From: Phoronis australis
Lineage: Eukaryota; Animalia; Phoronida
DNA length: 64,000 bases
Assembly (NCBI GenBank): GCA_002633005.1
Contig: NMRA01000183.1
Location: 666,397-730,396, forward strand
Direction: 5' to 3'
Positions 27,302 to 40,485 of the stretch are shown here, one piece after another. The first letter of the stretch is position 1. Each line of letters begins with the position of its first letter. Position numbers and translations under genes: made by a program. The notes below the pieces were generated by a model. It was not told the DNA's origin. It saw only the letters and a program-made list of their open reading frames with translations, and made no database searches.

Positions 27302-30300
27302 CTGTGCTGTTAATTTTGTCATACCTTCATCCAATTTTCAATTAATTGACTTTGAAGTTACAGTTATTTTGCCGACTTAATCACCAGTCGGTTACCCGTA
27401 CAGTGACGTCATAGGAATGTCTGACACCTACCGGCGATTGTGTGTATTCATTTACAGGGTACAGAAACAATTCATCCTTTGCAGTGTTGACGAAATTTTT
27501 CCCAGAGACGAGCAAAGAAGTCTCGTTTTTAACTGTTGATACACATTTCTTTACAAATGAGTATCGAAGGATCATTCCAGTTGTAAAGTACATGTAGGTT
27601 ATACTGATGATGATGGCTATCACACAGAGTATCATTCAAATTGTATTTGAGCAGTATGGACAACAGATTAACAGACTTTTCACTAATAAAAGCCTAACAT
27701 CAAAAATTCGAACTTGAATTTGCACTTGACAGCGTATTACCTCAGAGGGCATGTTCTAACCATCCACAAAAGCTTGTAAAACGAGTTTGTGAAGGCACCT
27801 ATGGACAAAGACAAACGTAGTCTGCTGGCTGTAAAAAAATCGAACGACGCCAACGCCTCAACGTGTTACGAAACCAATGTGCGCAAGAAAACAAAGCACT
27901 ACACAATTTGCATTATCAATCTGAAGGTTTCGTTAACCTTGGCAATGCCGTTCTTAGTAACAATTCTTTCAGAAATTCAATTGTAGACAGGTTGGAATGT
28001 GCATTCTCTCACGCTTTGCTATTTTAAAGACAGCACATATTTAGCCCGAGAGTAATCCGCATTTTTTACGTACGGTACACGTCTGCCATAAAATGGTGGT
28101 GAATGTTCATGAAATATTGAGTGCGCTCTATTTTAATAATTTTGGATTTCGTACTTCATCCGTAGCTCATCGGGGTATTATGAAACGTTGATTTCCATGC
28201 AGCTTGCCAATGAAATCTCTGAAGATGGTGCCAGTCGGCAATCAGCCACTGTAAATGTCATTTTAAACTTTTGGGAGTTTTTGGAAGTTAAATGGAGCGG
28301 TCTTAAAAGTCAAAAGTATGAAACACTTTTACTACTCAGTAGATATCGCCAGGTGAAGATTTTTTAATGCTTGCAAATAAGTAAAACGAAACTGATGAGA
28401 ACGAGCTTCGTAACACATGAACCTTCCCACGAAGTTCGACGACTTTGCGGGATGTATAGGGGTCAACGGTTGGGCGCCGGCTAAGCATCGGTGTCAAAAA
28501 ACACTCAATCGTTTATACTGTTCTGGTGAAAATGGCATGACTGTGCTAGGTTTCCGTTACAGTACGACAATTGTTGTCCCCCGGCGACAACATAATATGC
28601 CGAGTGCGACAATATCAATACCGGCACAAAAGCTTATGGTAAAAAGAGCCGGTGGAGTCGGCCGAACATTATGCGATTTGTAACCAAGGCAAAAATGAAT
28701 GGAACATGAAGCTTGGAGACACCTTGTTTAGGTGGATGCAGTGGAATGTCCGGTGAACAAAGTGACCGTAGCTTACGATGTCATGGAAAAGAGGCAAACG
28801 ACGGGCGTCGGTTTAAATATCCGTGAAGCATCACTAGTCATGACGCTCTGAGCAAATATTTTTAGAACAATTATGATAGAATAGACAAATCTTACTAACG
28901 AGGTGATTGGGCGTTGATTTTTATTTCCGCATGGTTTATCGGAATATGTAAAATTCTCCAAAACCGAAAAAGCACATGCTGCGGTAAATGTTTCAGTTCA
29001 GTGGAAAATGACATGACATTTTTAACCATAAAAGCGCCAAAACTACATTTCAGAATAAGTCTTTGACAGTCAAAAATGCCGCGTAAGTAGGTGGTCTTTA
29101 GCGAATAGTTCGAAAAACTTTTGAAGTTTTTTGGAAACTATGGATTTCCGTGGAAAAGTTTCAAATGCCACCAAAATGATCGCTAGTTATCACTGCTATC
29201 AGCACTGTGGGAGTGGTTCAAAAACGCAATAAAATGTGAATATTCATAAAAGACATAACACCTGCAAGTTGTGAGATGCCCATTTCAAGTACCCATGACT
29301 ATAAATTACAAGATAAGTGTGTAGGCTACCATTTTCAAAATGTCTCATGCTGAAATAGTCTAGCTCACGCGTGGCGTGGGTATTCAAGCAACAGATAGCG
29401 CTTGCCTTGGAGATGCTGGGAATAGACCGGACAGTAGTAATGACTTGGTACGGCTACCACCCAACTCATGAACAACCCCTTACGGTTTGGCTGTCCGGTG
29501 TCATGGTGCAAATTTACGAGTCGTTGATGGCCAGAAGAAAGAACAACGTGGGCCATGTGGTTCAGCGACGATGTGTGTTTGGAGGATACTGCCTTGTACA
29601 GAACGTTGGATTTCTGCAGTTTGTGCTGAACAGGAACGCCAAATACACTTCTCCCCATCTTACAACAGTTCATCTTGCTCGTCTCCGTCATCCACAGCGA
29701 CATGTGGGATGCCTACCACGGTATCGTCAACCTCCCAGTTGTGCCACCGTACACCCACCACACGGTCAACGATACCATGGACTTCGTTGATCCACAGACT
29801 AGCGCACACAGCAACCATGTCGAGTGTTTTTGGAAGAACGCGAAGTAGATGTTCAAGAGCATGTGTGGTGTCATCCCGGACATCTTGGAAGCGCATCTTG
29901 ACGAGTTTATGTGGCAGCAACTTTACGCTGGCAACAGCGGTCGACAGCTGTTTTTTACGATAGTCGACCCCACTCCTTGAGTACCATAAACCCAACGACT
30001 ATTTTAAGGGCTACTCACTACTTCCCAATTGGACTGTTTCACTTGAAGTTTTCTACAACAGTACAATGTGCGCCTGAACATGACTTATACTTAAAAAAAT
30101 AAAATTTTCTGTATAATTACCACTTTACAATAAAAATGTTTACCATTACTAGGCCTACACAGGAATTGGTACAATGCTAACACAAGAATTAATAATTAAG
30201 TTACAATCGCAAACGAAATTCATTTTGCTTTCAGGCACCACACAGCAAAGGTCTTACTGCACCAACACGATTTCTAACTATACGCGCTTGAATGAAACGT

Positions 30301-30599
30301 GATAGACACCAGCATCACCTGGTTCCCGAAACATCTTGAATCACGCAATTATAAAAGAGTTCAGTATCGTTGCACGAAGGGACGAGATTAAGGCGGATTT
30401 TCCTTCCGTGCCTCTTGACAGTGTCATTCATCGTTTTCTTACCCTGTAAATGAATACACAAAATCACCGACTGATATCAGGCATTCCTATGACGTCATTC
30501 TACGGGTAATCGACTGGTGACAAAGTCGGCAAAAGAATTGTAACTTCAAAGTCAATCAATTAAAAAGTATATGGACGTATGGCAAAATTAACATACGCC
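27302..30599 (+). mobile_element. Merlin (IS1016/ISXO2-like) DNA transposon, decayed
   Basis: TIRs of about 170 bp (TGTTAATTTTG(T/C)CATAC..TTGACTTTGAAGTTACA..TGACGTCATAGGAATG..GTATTCATTTACAGGGTA). The right end reads GGCGTATG in reverse complement. The left tip and TSD are eroded. Confidence 0.88.
29400..29990 (+). pseudogene. Merlin/ISXO2-like DDE transposase remnant
   Basis: Frameshifted VQIYESLMARRKNNVGHVVQRRCVFGG..SDMWDAY..HTVNDTMDFVDPQTSAHSNHVECFWKNAK..HLDEFMW matches the V.IDES..KRK.N.G / W.FGG / SD.W.AY / H.TVNH..FVDP..G.H.N.IE..W pattern. Confidence 0.9.
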
Positions 30600-33500
30600 T
30601 TGTGAACACGTGAATACTAAAATCATGATTCTAGGAGCTCGGCTGGATTTTCCCTGTTTTTTGCAATTAAGGCAGTCGATTCAGCACGTTCGAAAGCCAA
30701 AAAACAGAAAAAAAAACAGTAAAACCAAACTGTTAAATAAAACGATTTCAAAGTGAAATGAAGTATATTGTAAAGGAGTATACGATATAATAAAAATAAT
30801 AAAAATATAATTCACGTTAACGTACCCTCTCCTTCAGTTTATTAGAACTGGGCCTTTGATAGCCGCTCGTGGAACTGTTTCCTTGACAGCGATAGCGCGC
30901 TATTCAAGACCAGCGCGTTCTCACGCCACTTCCTGTTTTTAATCACCAGAATTCAGCCAGAAAAGACCCGCGTGTACGTATGTCTTATGAGAAAGTTACC
31001 CAGCGACGTAATAAAAATATAAAATATGTAAAAAGCGCATAGATCCTCTATTGCCACAAGTCGGGGGTTCAGGGGGTTGTGGGTCGAGGGGGTCTTGGGT
31101 CGAGGGAGTCGTGTCGTGTTTCGAGGAGTGTGGGGGTCGGGGGAGGGTTTCAGAAAAATCCTCCTTATAATCGAGCATGTTATAATATGTCAATTTGGCC
31201 GTGTGTCAAAAAACGGGATGTTTAGATAGTGAAATTAAAAGTGAAACAGCCGCCAACAAGGGGCCAATTGTCAAATACACCGTGCGCAGTCAGCACGAAC
31301 TAGTGGATTAGGTTCTTTGCCTAGGTAAACTTTCATGTTTTAAAATTTTAAGAGGTCGTTAAATTGCAAAAATGGAGTCTGAGGTTTCCAACCCAGCTTA
31401 CATGTAAAAGTTGTTTGACTAAAATAAGAAGTCACCCGACCTCTTGGGGTCCTCAAATTTGCACCGTGTATTCCTAAATGTAGACGTGCATTCATTCTTT
31501 AACTCAATTTTCCCGGCCGGCGAACGAACATACATGTAGAACACAGGCGACTGCATGGCCTGGTGCCTCGAATTTCACCGATCTTGCCCGATTTTGCTTT
31601 TGCCAAACAAATTCCGACTTCTGTCTACTTCCTGCTTTAATTTAATCATTGTGCCAAATGTGCCGCTTTCACGAAATAAAACGGAACAGTTGTGAATCAA
31701 AGGTTATAAAGCTAGAAGAACGGTTCGTAATTTTAACTTTGGAAGTCAACACGAACTTTGAAACGAATTTAGAATTAATTAATCTTTGACTTTGATACAC
31801 GCGCTGCTGACTTGCTGTGGCGACACGTTTTGATTACTGTTCGTTGTTGTATTTTAATTTTAAATTTAAAGATTTTCGTCTTGCAAATTGACTCTGCTTT
31901 CAGTACTTTGACTAAGATAAATTCGTGTGAAAGCATGTCATGTCCACGTGACGAAGCATAAAGACTTAACGTATATTTCGACATATTCACCACAGACAGG
32001 ACCGAAGTTGAAAATATAACGGCTACAGAAGGTAAATTGTCAACCCTTTAACTCGCCCGTCAGAGTATGAATGAAGCTAAGGTGCCAAAAACATCAAATT
32101 TGTTCGTGCTTGACCCAAGAACTATCCAAAGATATCATTGGCCATATAGACAAAATACAAACCGTAATGGCTGGATTACAATTGAAGCATTTAAACGGTC
32201 TAGAGGCCGGCATGAAAGGGGCATATACCACTGACGTCTTTTTGACCGCGTCAGTAGCGAATTGGTCTCCCTAAATTAGCCAAAGTTCATTCCAGAGATC
32301 AGTGTTTTGTTCATATTTAGATACATGTATTTTGTGTAGGCTAGGCAAACCAACCACGAGGGAGCCTACTCGTTGCAAAAGTAAATCTCTTTGTTAATTT
32401 CCGCCATTTTGATTTGCGGAAAGGTGTCTGGGAAAAATGTTGGTGTTTGCAAGAGATTCGCAGCAACGCACCCATATAATAGGCTTTGTAATGAGCAAGG
32501 GTGTGATAACCAGAGTGACCAAAAAGACAGTTATGCTCAGCCAGGTTACAGGTTTTGACTATCACATGCAGACGTGGTAGCGTGAAAATTGCATGTATAC
32601 CAAGATTTCGGAACCATCCGAACGAACGCCACGAGGTAGTGCATTTTTCTGACAAATCGCTGGTGGAATTAAAGGCATTCTTTCGTAATCGAGTTACTTT
32701 TTTAATGCTACTCATAACTGAACGCCATGTGCGAAATATTAAAGTTAAGAATATGCTTTGACACTCGACAGGACTTGGTATATATACATGTAATGACATT
32801 TTCGTAGTCGTAAACTCGAAAGTTAGAATTCATTGTAAAAGTCCACCGTACTGGGTAAAAATGCAGGATTGAGTTTATGGTCTGATTTCAACGGCAGATT
32901 TTTATTTTAAGGTCTTTCGGGGAAGCTGTTTTAGTGGTGCAGTTTTGAAAATATTCAATAGACTTTAACATGTGCTATCAATTGAATGTCCTGTTTCGAA
33001 GCTTTAAAACTTTTCATTAGATTTATAACAAATGGCGATGCGAATGCAATTTTTGTAATTTGTTTTCTGAATAAATAGTTACATGTACATCGTGGTGCTC
33101 TAAAATACTCTCATAGCAAGTTTTTTATTGGTGTACAGAACATAAATACAAAGACATGTAAGACAAAAAATTCAAGCCATTCTCTCTCTTAGCATACACA
33201 CACGCCCACACGCACCCGCGCCCCCTCAGCATACCCACCCAGTTTTAATAGGATGTTGTCAGGAAAACGTTATGGTTAACCAGTTCCTCCAGGTTGCATG
33301 GCTTTCATCTAAATTACCAGTAGTTAATAAAATTCTTCTTTGAATATAGAATTCTCTTTCTAATAACTTGAGGAAATGTCAGAAACTGGGAATATTTTTA
33401 CACCCATATACGTAAATTAAATGATTTAAATGAAAAAGTATCCAGTTTATGATATTTTACTCGTTAAATATATTTGAATGAGCATCTGCACCCGTCTTAC

Positions 33501-33899
33501 TCCCTTACCCCTCACTCCTCAATTCGGTGCAGGCCTTTACTCGTTGTTTTCCGAGCCTCATTGGTCGATTGTTATCACGTGCCCAGAGTTTGGTCAGCTC
33601 TGGGCTCTCAAACACTGATGATTGTCACGTGCCCTTAGGAATTCACATTATTATTGTAAAGATATCTATCATAAAAAACTATTTTCAAGAAAACATTATT
33701 TTGTCAATAACCATATCTACACCTTTTACAAACAACTTCTATCAATCTTTTATATTATTGCATTCGAAAAAGATATGATCCACTTTTTTCACTTTGTAAC
33801 TGGCAGAAAGTACATACTCAGAGTCCAGCAAAAAAGACTTCGTTACAGGTATTCAGTGTAATAGTTTAAACTGCAATGCGCATAACTTGAAACCGTAAG

Positions 33900-36800
33900 T
33901 AATGTTAAATGGCAATGGTAATAATTTTCCAGACATCATTTAGAAAGTTATTACCTTCTTCCTGAAATCTTTTTGGGGCAATAAGCAAGATATTTTATAT
34001 ATCACTTTACATATTGACGTGCAGTTTAAAAATTACGGATATTAAAAGGTATTATTGGTCCATATATCTTAATTAACTGCAATTACAACGGTGTTCTCAG
34101 AAACGACGAAATTGTCTCAATCAGAAAACAATATTTCAAAACGTGTGTCGGCATACTCGAGATCATTTTAAATTCACTAAATGAGTAAAACATGTTATTT
34201 TATCAAGTAGGTCATTAATAAAAATAACACCACCACTAGAATACTTTCTAAAGAAGATTTTCCGTCTATAATTATTCTATCATTATGCCATAAAGTTGTT
34301 GAGAGTGAATCATTCACATCTTTACGGGGCTGTTTACTTATGAAAAAGACTAGTTACAAAAAAGGATTGATATTTAATAAAATCTTTTCCAAAATTTGTA
34401 ATATTTGACTTTACAATCTCTGTTTCAAGTTAAAATAATTCAGACACCCATTTTGTTTCTCAAGTATGTAGTCTTTTTATCCATGAAATATTTATAGCCT
34501 TGTTTAAAAGAATTATATACAACATTTTCATTCCTCCTTCCACGTAAGTTTTAATTAATACATCTCTCTCACTTCTCTCCACTTTGTTATTCCAAATAAA
34601 ATTCTTACGTTCAACTCATTCATAATAATGTCTGGTGGAGTAGGCTGGGTTGTCATAATGTGAATAATTTTTGGCACCATCAAGATCTTTACCACCGTAA
34701 CTTTCCCAAAAAAAGAGATTTTGCTTCTAGACCAAGTTTTGATAACATTATTGATTTTATCAATCATTTCATTTTAGTTGATATCAATCCTTTTTTTAGG
34801 TTAAAACTGAACTTGAATTAAATTCATCCAAATAACATTTGTTTTGACATGATTTACTCTCAAACCAGACATTTCTGTATATTTACTCAAAACTTCCATA
34901 GTAGCTTCCAAACTACGCCATGAACCATGTAAGAAAAACGTTGTGTCATCAGCATACTGAGTAAGTATAAATCATTATTTTCTATTTGAATGCCTTAAAT
35001 TGCCCTGTCTTGTTTCGTCATCATAGGTAATATTTCAGCACATAAAATGAAAACACATCATTCATAACTGAATCACACTGTTCGAAAGATTTTGAATTTT
35101 TTCTAAATGGTACAGTATACCGGAACGGCATATTGCTTCTTAACACCAGTTACTGTATCTTGAACTATGCCTACATAATCCTTGCAATTTAGAAGTGAAT
35201 TATCAAATTTCCAGAGTCCTTTACCGCTCATAATTTATTTAAATTTTAAGCTTAACAAGACCCGAGAATGATCTGATCTGGAACTTGGACTTAAACAAGT
35301 TCTTTGGATGCAATGCATCAATGATTTGGAAACCAGACAAAGGTCAAACATAGACTGCCAAGTGAATCTTCTCATTGAAGGAAAAAATTTCGAAAGCGAT
35401 CCCAGACATCAAACGTATTAATTATTCCCTTTAGACATTTAGTATCCAGTTCTTGACTCAGAACTACATTAAAATAGCTACATAAAATAAAATTATCGAC
35501 ATAAATTTCTACGATTATTGAAAATATATTATTATAAAAGTCCAGGTTATCAATATTTGCACCGTACCAAGTTACAGTGATCCTCTCACTCCCTCCATAA
35601 TTATTTCTATTATAACATAATTTCCCGTAGGATCCTTTGTCACAGCTTGGAGTGTAACCTGAAAGTTATTGTTAAATTGACTAGCTACTCCTCTTCAGTT
35701 GTTCTTGTAAGTCCTCAAATAACAAGTGTAACGCCACTGAGATTCTTTGTACGGCTCCAAATCACAAGCAAATTGAGGGTCTTGTAGACAGTATATATTA
35801 AATGCTTTACTTCTTGTGCAATTAAAGACATCTCTTAATATTTCTGTGGTTCCTGATCTCTGGCAATTAACTGAAACGATATTGATTCCGATCATAATAG
35901 GAAATAAAAACTCTTTTTACAAGAGAAATCTTGAGATCACATAAAGTATTACAAAAACTTAAAGGGTGTGCAGGTGGAACCAAGTATACATTCTCACATA
36001 CAAATTCACAATCAAAGCATGAATCAAAAAGATTATTAATAAACAAATCAGATGACAACATTGACAAATATACTGACTAATGAAGTGTACAGTGTAGTCT
36101 CCTTCCAGTTCATAATGGCACAAGAGTATTTCCAACAAACTCAAATAAATTACAAAAACTAACAGTTCCAATGTGCCACACAGAGATCTCCATTAATGAA
36201 TATCTTGGTTTAACTCCAAATCATTAACTTGGTGTACAGTACATTAGCCGACTACTCTTTCAGATATATCTTCCCATCGCAGGTCATAGAGCCTTTCATT
36301 CCTCCCCTCGCACCAACATCCCTTACCGCTTTGAATAGTTTTGCCCTTCGCTTTGTGAGACTCTCGTTGACATAAACGCCCGCATCAACATCTTTCAAGG
36401 GCTCACACATTTGAACGATCACGTATGAGCAAAACTAATCCAAAGTAGTGCGGCAATGTGGATGAGTTGACTTGCTATTATGCTTGACTGAAAACCGTCC
36501 TATTCTGTGGCTTCTACTGACATCGGCTTCAGTTGTATTGGCGCCCATTCTCTTATCCAATTCTAACACAATTTTATCAGTTGATTCCCCTCTGTCTCCT
36601 TTTTACCAGCAATAACTAGAAAATGTTTCCTGCTATACTGTTGCTGCTTGCCACGTTCTTCTTGTAAGGCGACTATTTCAAAATCATACTTTTGCCTCAA
36701 ATCGGACAGTTCTTGCCTTAACGCAGTTTTTTCTGGTCCTTTTCTTTCAACTTTTCTGCAAACTGAATTTCTAAACTTTTCATCTAGCCAACCGTGTAAC

Positions 36801-37000
36801 ATATTCTTTAATGTACACTGTGGAGCGTGCAATCAGTTCAGGGATCACGCTGCACTCGGCCCATTTTGAAGAATCGTGCTTCGATCTGTCTCAGAAACGG
36901 AGATTTGAAGGTTTTTCCAACCCGTATGCGTATTTGACGGAGAAACGTTGTTCCGTGTTGTGCCATTGCTGGAACGTAGTTGTCAGCGTGATCTTCAGCA
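33900..37000 (-). mobile_element. Tx1/L1-type LINE, decayed and internally deleted
   Basis: ORF1 remnant at about 36240-36830 (QQYSRKHFLVIAGKKE, SRSHRIGR, VYVNESLTKRRAKLF..TCDGKIY). ORF2 APE endonuclease from 35895 (INIVSVNCQ..YCLQD..SQW..N*RGVA.QFNNNF). RT QYADDTTFFL..SGLRVN at about 34850-34970. Outer boundaries are approximate. Confidence 0.88.
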
Positions 37001-38809
37001 TGAAATTGTAATTGAGATAATGAATGTGATTGCAGTAAGTTTCCGTCATTCTATTTCGTGGGAATGCATGTTATCCAAATATAGGTCAATGCCCAAAAGT
37101 AAAAAATGGAGTGTAGATGACACGGAAATAGTTTGAGATCCCGACCGCAGCTGGCACAGGGGCTAGTGTCGGACACTGGACAGAAATATTCGACGATTTC
37201 CAACGGTACAAATTTTTCCTAATTTTGGAACAGAAAAGACAGAAACAGTACCATTTACCAAAAAGAAAATCCATTTAGCATCACTACAAATGTGTTCGTT
37301 CCTGACAAACGCTTTGACAGTCAGGGGAAAACGATAAGCTTTAAGTCCAAAACAAATGTTACCCGACACTGAAATTGATAGAAATTGATATCGTGATTCA
37401 ATGAAAAGCTGTAATTACCACTTTGAAATCAGGACTGTCTGCAAACTGAGTAAGCTTCAACATGGCTTCTCTGGTCTACTGCCCCGGTTCGGCAGATATG
37501 GTCGAGTATGTACGGCCTGAACACGCAAATTCTGACCATATGGCGAGGTCTAACTCATTACCTGTTTTAGCTACGGCCTTCATCCTCATCTTCATATCTG
37601 TCTTCAAACGCTTCAAGCCCGCTCTCTCAGTCACTGTAACTTATCCGCCGTTGCAAATTTACTGTCAACTGATCAAGCTTGTTTAGTTACGTGGTTATGT
37701 GATTCCTTATGCCAATCATAATGCGGTCTTTTCCAAAAACTAAAGAGTATTGAATAGTTAAAGCTATTGTGCCAACACTTTACAGAGTCAAGGTAAAGTT
37801 GATCCCACCTCTCTGCTCGAGACGTAAAACAATTAACGTTTTAGCGATAATTAATTAATTGGGCACTGCAAATTCAGTTGACATTGCGAGTGAATGCTGA
37901 AATAGCTATCAGAGTTAATCCATGTGTATGTTATATTGACTGAAATCCCCAAGTAATTAAAAGAATTTTCACTAGTCAAAGTTTAATTGGCGTTTCCTAG
38001 GCTTCGGCAAATCGACTTAATTTGAAATCAGGAACATAAGTTCTCGAAAAGGGCTTAGTGGATTTTTGCCAAATTTTTCCGAACTTCATATTTTTTCACC
38101 AGTCTCAAAAGCTCTGCTGGTACTTTCGATATACGTATAAAGGCCTAGTTTTTACAAAAAAATAGCGTACAGTTTGCGATTTTTTGTCATAGAAACCAAA
38201 TTTAGACAGTAATAACAAAATTCTGAGGTAACTGGTGGAGTTTTCATTTAAAAACAGGTTTCATTAAAATCGACCGAGGCGTTATTTTCTATGAATCATT
38301 CTCAAAAATGAAATTTTGATTTAAACTAGTGTTAATGTAATAATATTAGCCCATATATATGAAATATACTTTGATAATACATCCCTGATAAACTTTATTT
38401 GTTGACAAAGCCTGTTTTTTCAGATACCAGTTAGAATGGAGACCACTAAATAAGGTTTGGGATAATCATAAGTATGTAAGTAGAGTCACCAGATCAGCTA
38501 CACTCATCTTCCCAATTTCACACCCTCCTGTCCGGGCTCCTTATACATGTACCTGATAGGTGGGATCGTTGGAGCACTTTTACTGTTATGAACGTTGCAG
38601 TTTGATGTTGAATTATTTATATTTTTTCGAATGACAATCTTTACTGGTAATAATCATAAAGTTCATTTGTTCGTTAAAATATGTGTAGCACTGATGTCCC
38701 TAGAAGGCGTCGTTGCGAGGAAATGGGACTACAAAATCAGTCTTGTTGACAACCCGAAGGTGTTATTTCGTGCAGTGTGAGGAATTTGGACTTTGTGCTT
38801 CCAAGACAC

Positions 38810-38862
38810 TTTGCCTTATTTATTTGCCTTATTTATTTGCCTTATTTATTTGCCTTATTTAT
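38810..38862. repeat. 12-bp tandem repeat (TTGCCTTATTTA), about 4 copies
   Basis: Directly visible. Confidence 0.9.
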
Positions 38863-40485
38863 TGGGGGGGGGGGTGCAACGGGACAGTTTTTTGGAAATT
38901 CAATAACCCTCCATTAATTGTTGTAAAATGGGAATCTCTACTAGGTACACTGTTACTGAAAATGTGTCCCAATACGTGGTAGAGTGTAGGCAAGTATCAA
39001 CGGTCAACGGCTGGAGTTGTACTGGAAAGCGGTTACTCTGGTTCAACTATTCATTTATTGATCAACCTGTAAGTAAAATGCATAATGGTGCACTGTATTT
39101 GAGTATTCGTGGAATAATATTTCTAGTTTGAATCTTCGATGATGATTTCTTACGCTTTTTCTCCATAGAGGGCGTCCAACTGAAACAAGCAAGATACAAT
39201 CATCAGAACAGCTTTAAAGCGACAATGGACATTTCATTTTTAGAAATAAATAAAATGTTACATCAAATAAATCCTTAGTTTTTGTACATTTATTGTAACA
39301 ATGATAACACATCCTTGAAATTAAGATCAACCTAGAAGTCTTTGTTATAGACAGAAATGTTTTAAGCATTTCTCTGGAATTTTTTCTAAACTAGGTTTTC
39401 GACGTACTCCACCTTAAACGTATCCGTTAATTCGACACGAATAACAGCAAGCCTGGAGGACTGATGCGGAGTTGCAAACACTTGGGAATCCCTGTAACAT
39501 GTAGTTTGCGCAGTTCACCTTGGTTCCGAAAATCGTTTCAAATCTTTTCTCTGGGTTGTCCTGGCAATCTGAAAGATGACGTTTAAGAAAAAGATGTTTT
39601 GTAATAAATTTATGTCTCTTTTTGGTAAAATTTACTTAAACATTTGTCACGTGACCCACATAATAGGATAATGAAGCACTCTACAGTTTTTACAGAGTTT
39701 TGGCTGCCGACACACACCCAAAAAGTGGAGACGAGACTTTACCTCGCGTTCTTATGAAGAGTGAAAAACCTAAGTATGATAACTGAGACTTAGTTATGCT
39801 ACAGATTTCCTATGGATTAATTTAAGTCGGAAAAATTCCGGCACAAAAAATAGCACCAAAAATACCAAATTTGATAATTTTCTCCCCAAAACTACAATTT
39901 TCCTGCATTATCCAAGCGCAAGAAAAAAATCTGACTCCAAATTCAGAATGGTTGTTCTCAATAGATTCTAAAAATTTGGTTACAGTACGCCCTTACCAGC
40001 TACATTTTGGCAACTTTGATCTGTTTGAAGTCCACCTGAATTCGCCCCCAGTTTCTCAGACACTAGGCGACAAGAATTCAAAGCAAACGCCAGTCACCAT
40101 TTTGTATCAAAGTACATGTAGGTCACATTATACCTTCAGAAAGTATTTACGTTTAGTGACTTAAAATCTATAGATAAGGTCCTACATAACTTAAGATACG
40201 CCAAATTATTCGATTGTTCCCACTGTGCTAGATATCAATTTGTCTTTGATAACAACCTCAGTCATTTTGAAAAGTCCCCTATTTAGTTGATTTGAAAAAT
40301 GGTCCCCCTCGCACCCCCTGACTTCAATTTTTAAGTTGCATTTTTCAAAACAAAATATGTGTGAGAACCATAAAAAGATGTTAACAAGCCGGCAAAGTGT
40401 CCCACGTTCGTTTTTAAGCAAATTAGTGCCGCCATTGCCGATTTTTCGTTATTTGATGATATTTCACACTCTTATTCTTGTAGGT

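Larger units (their letters stand above)
27219..31161. mobile_element. TIR MITE with tandem CCCCTCGAC subterminal repeats (MULE/foldback-like), split by a nested Merlin element
   Basis: Termini GGAATTGTTCTGAAACCC / GGATTTTTCTGAAACCC (reverse complement). Perfect TSD TCCTTATA (27211-27218, 31162-31169; 9 bp is possible depending on the boundary). The arms 27219-27301 and 30600-31161 align with the copy at 43023-43778. Confidence 0.85.

Noticed and set aside
28385-28420. Hammerhead-like CTGATGA-GAA..TTC-GTAAC
   Set aside because: The conserved GAAA is altered and stems I and III cannot be formed.
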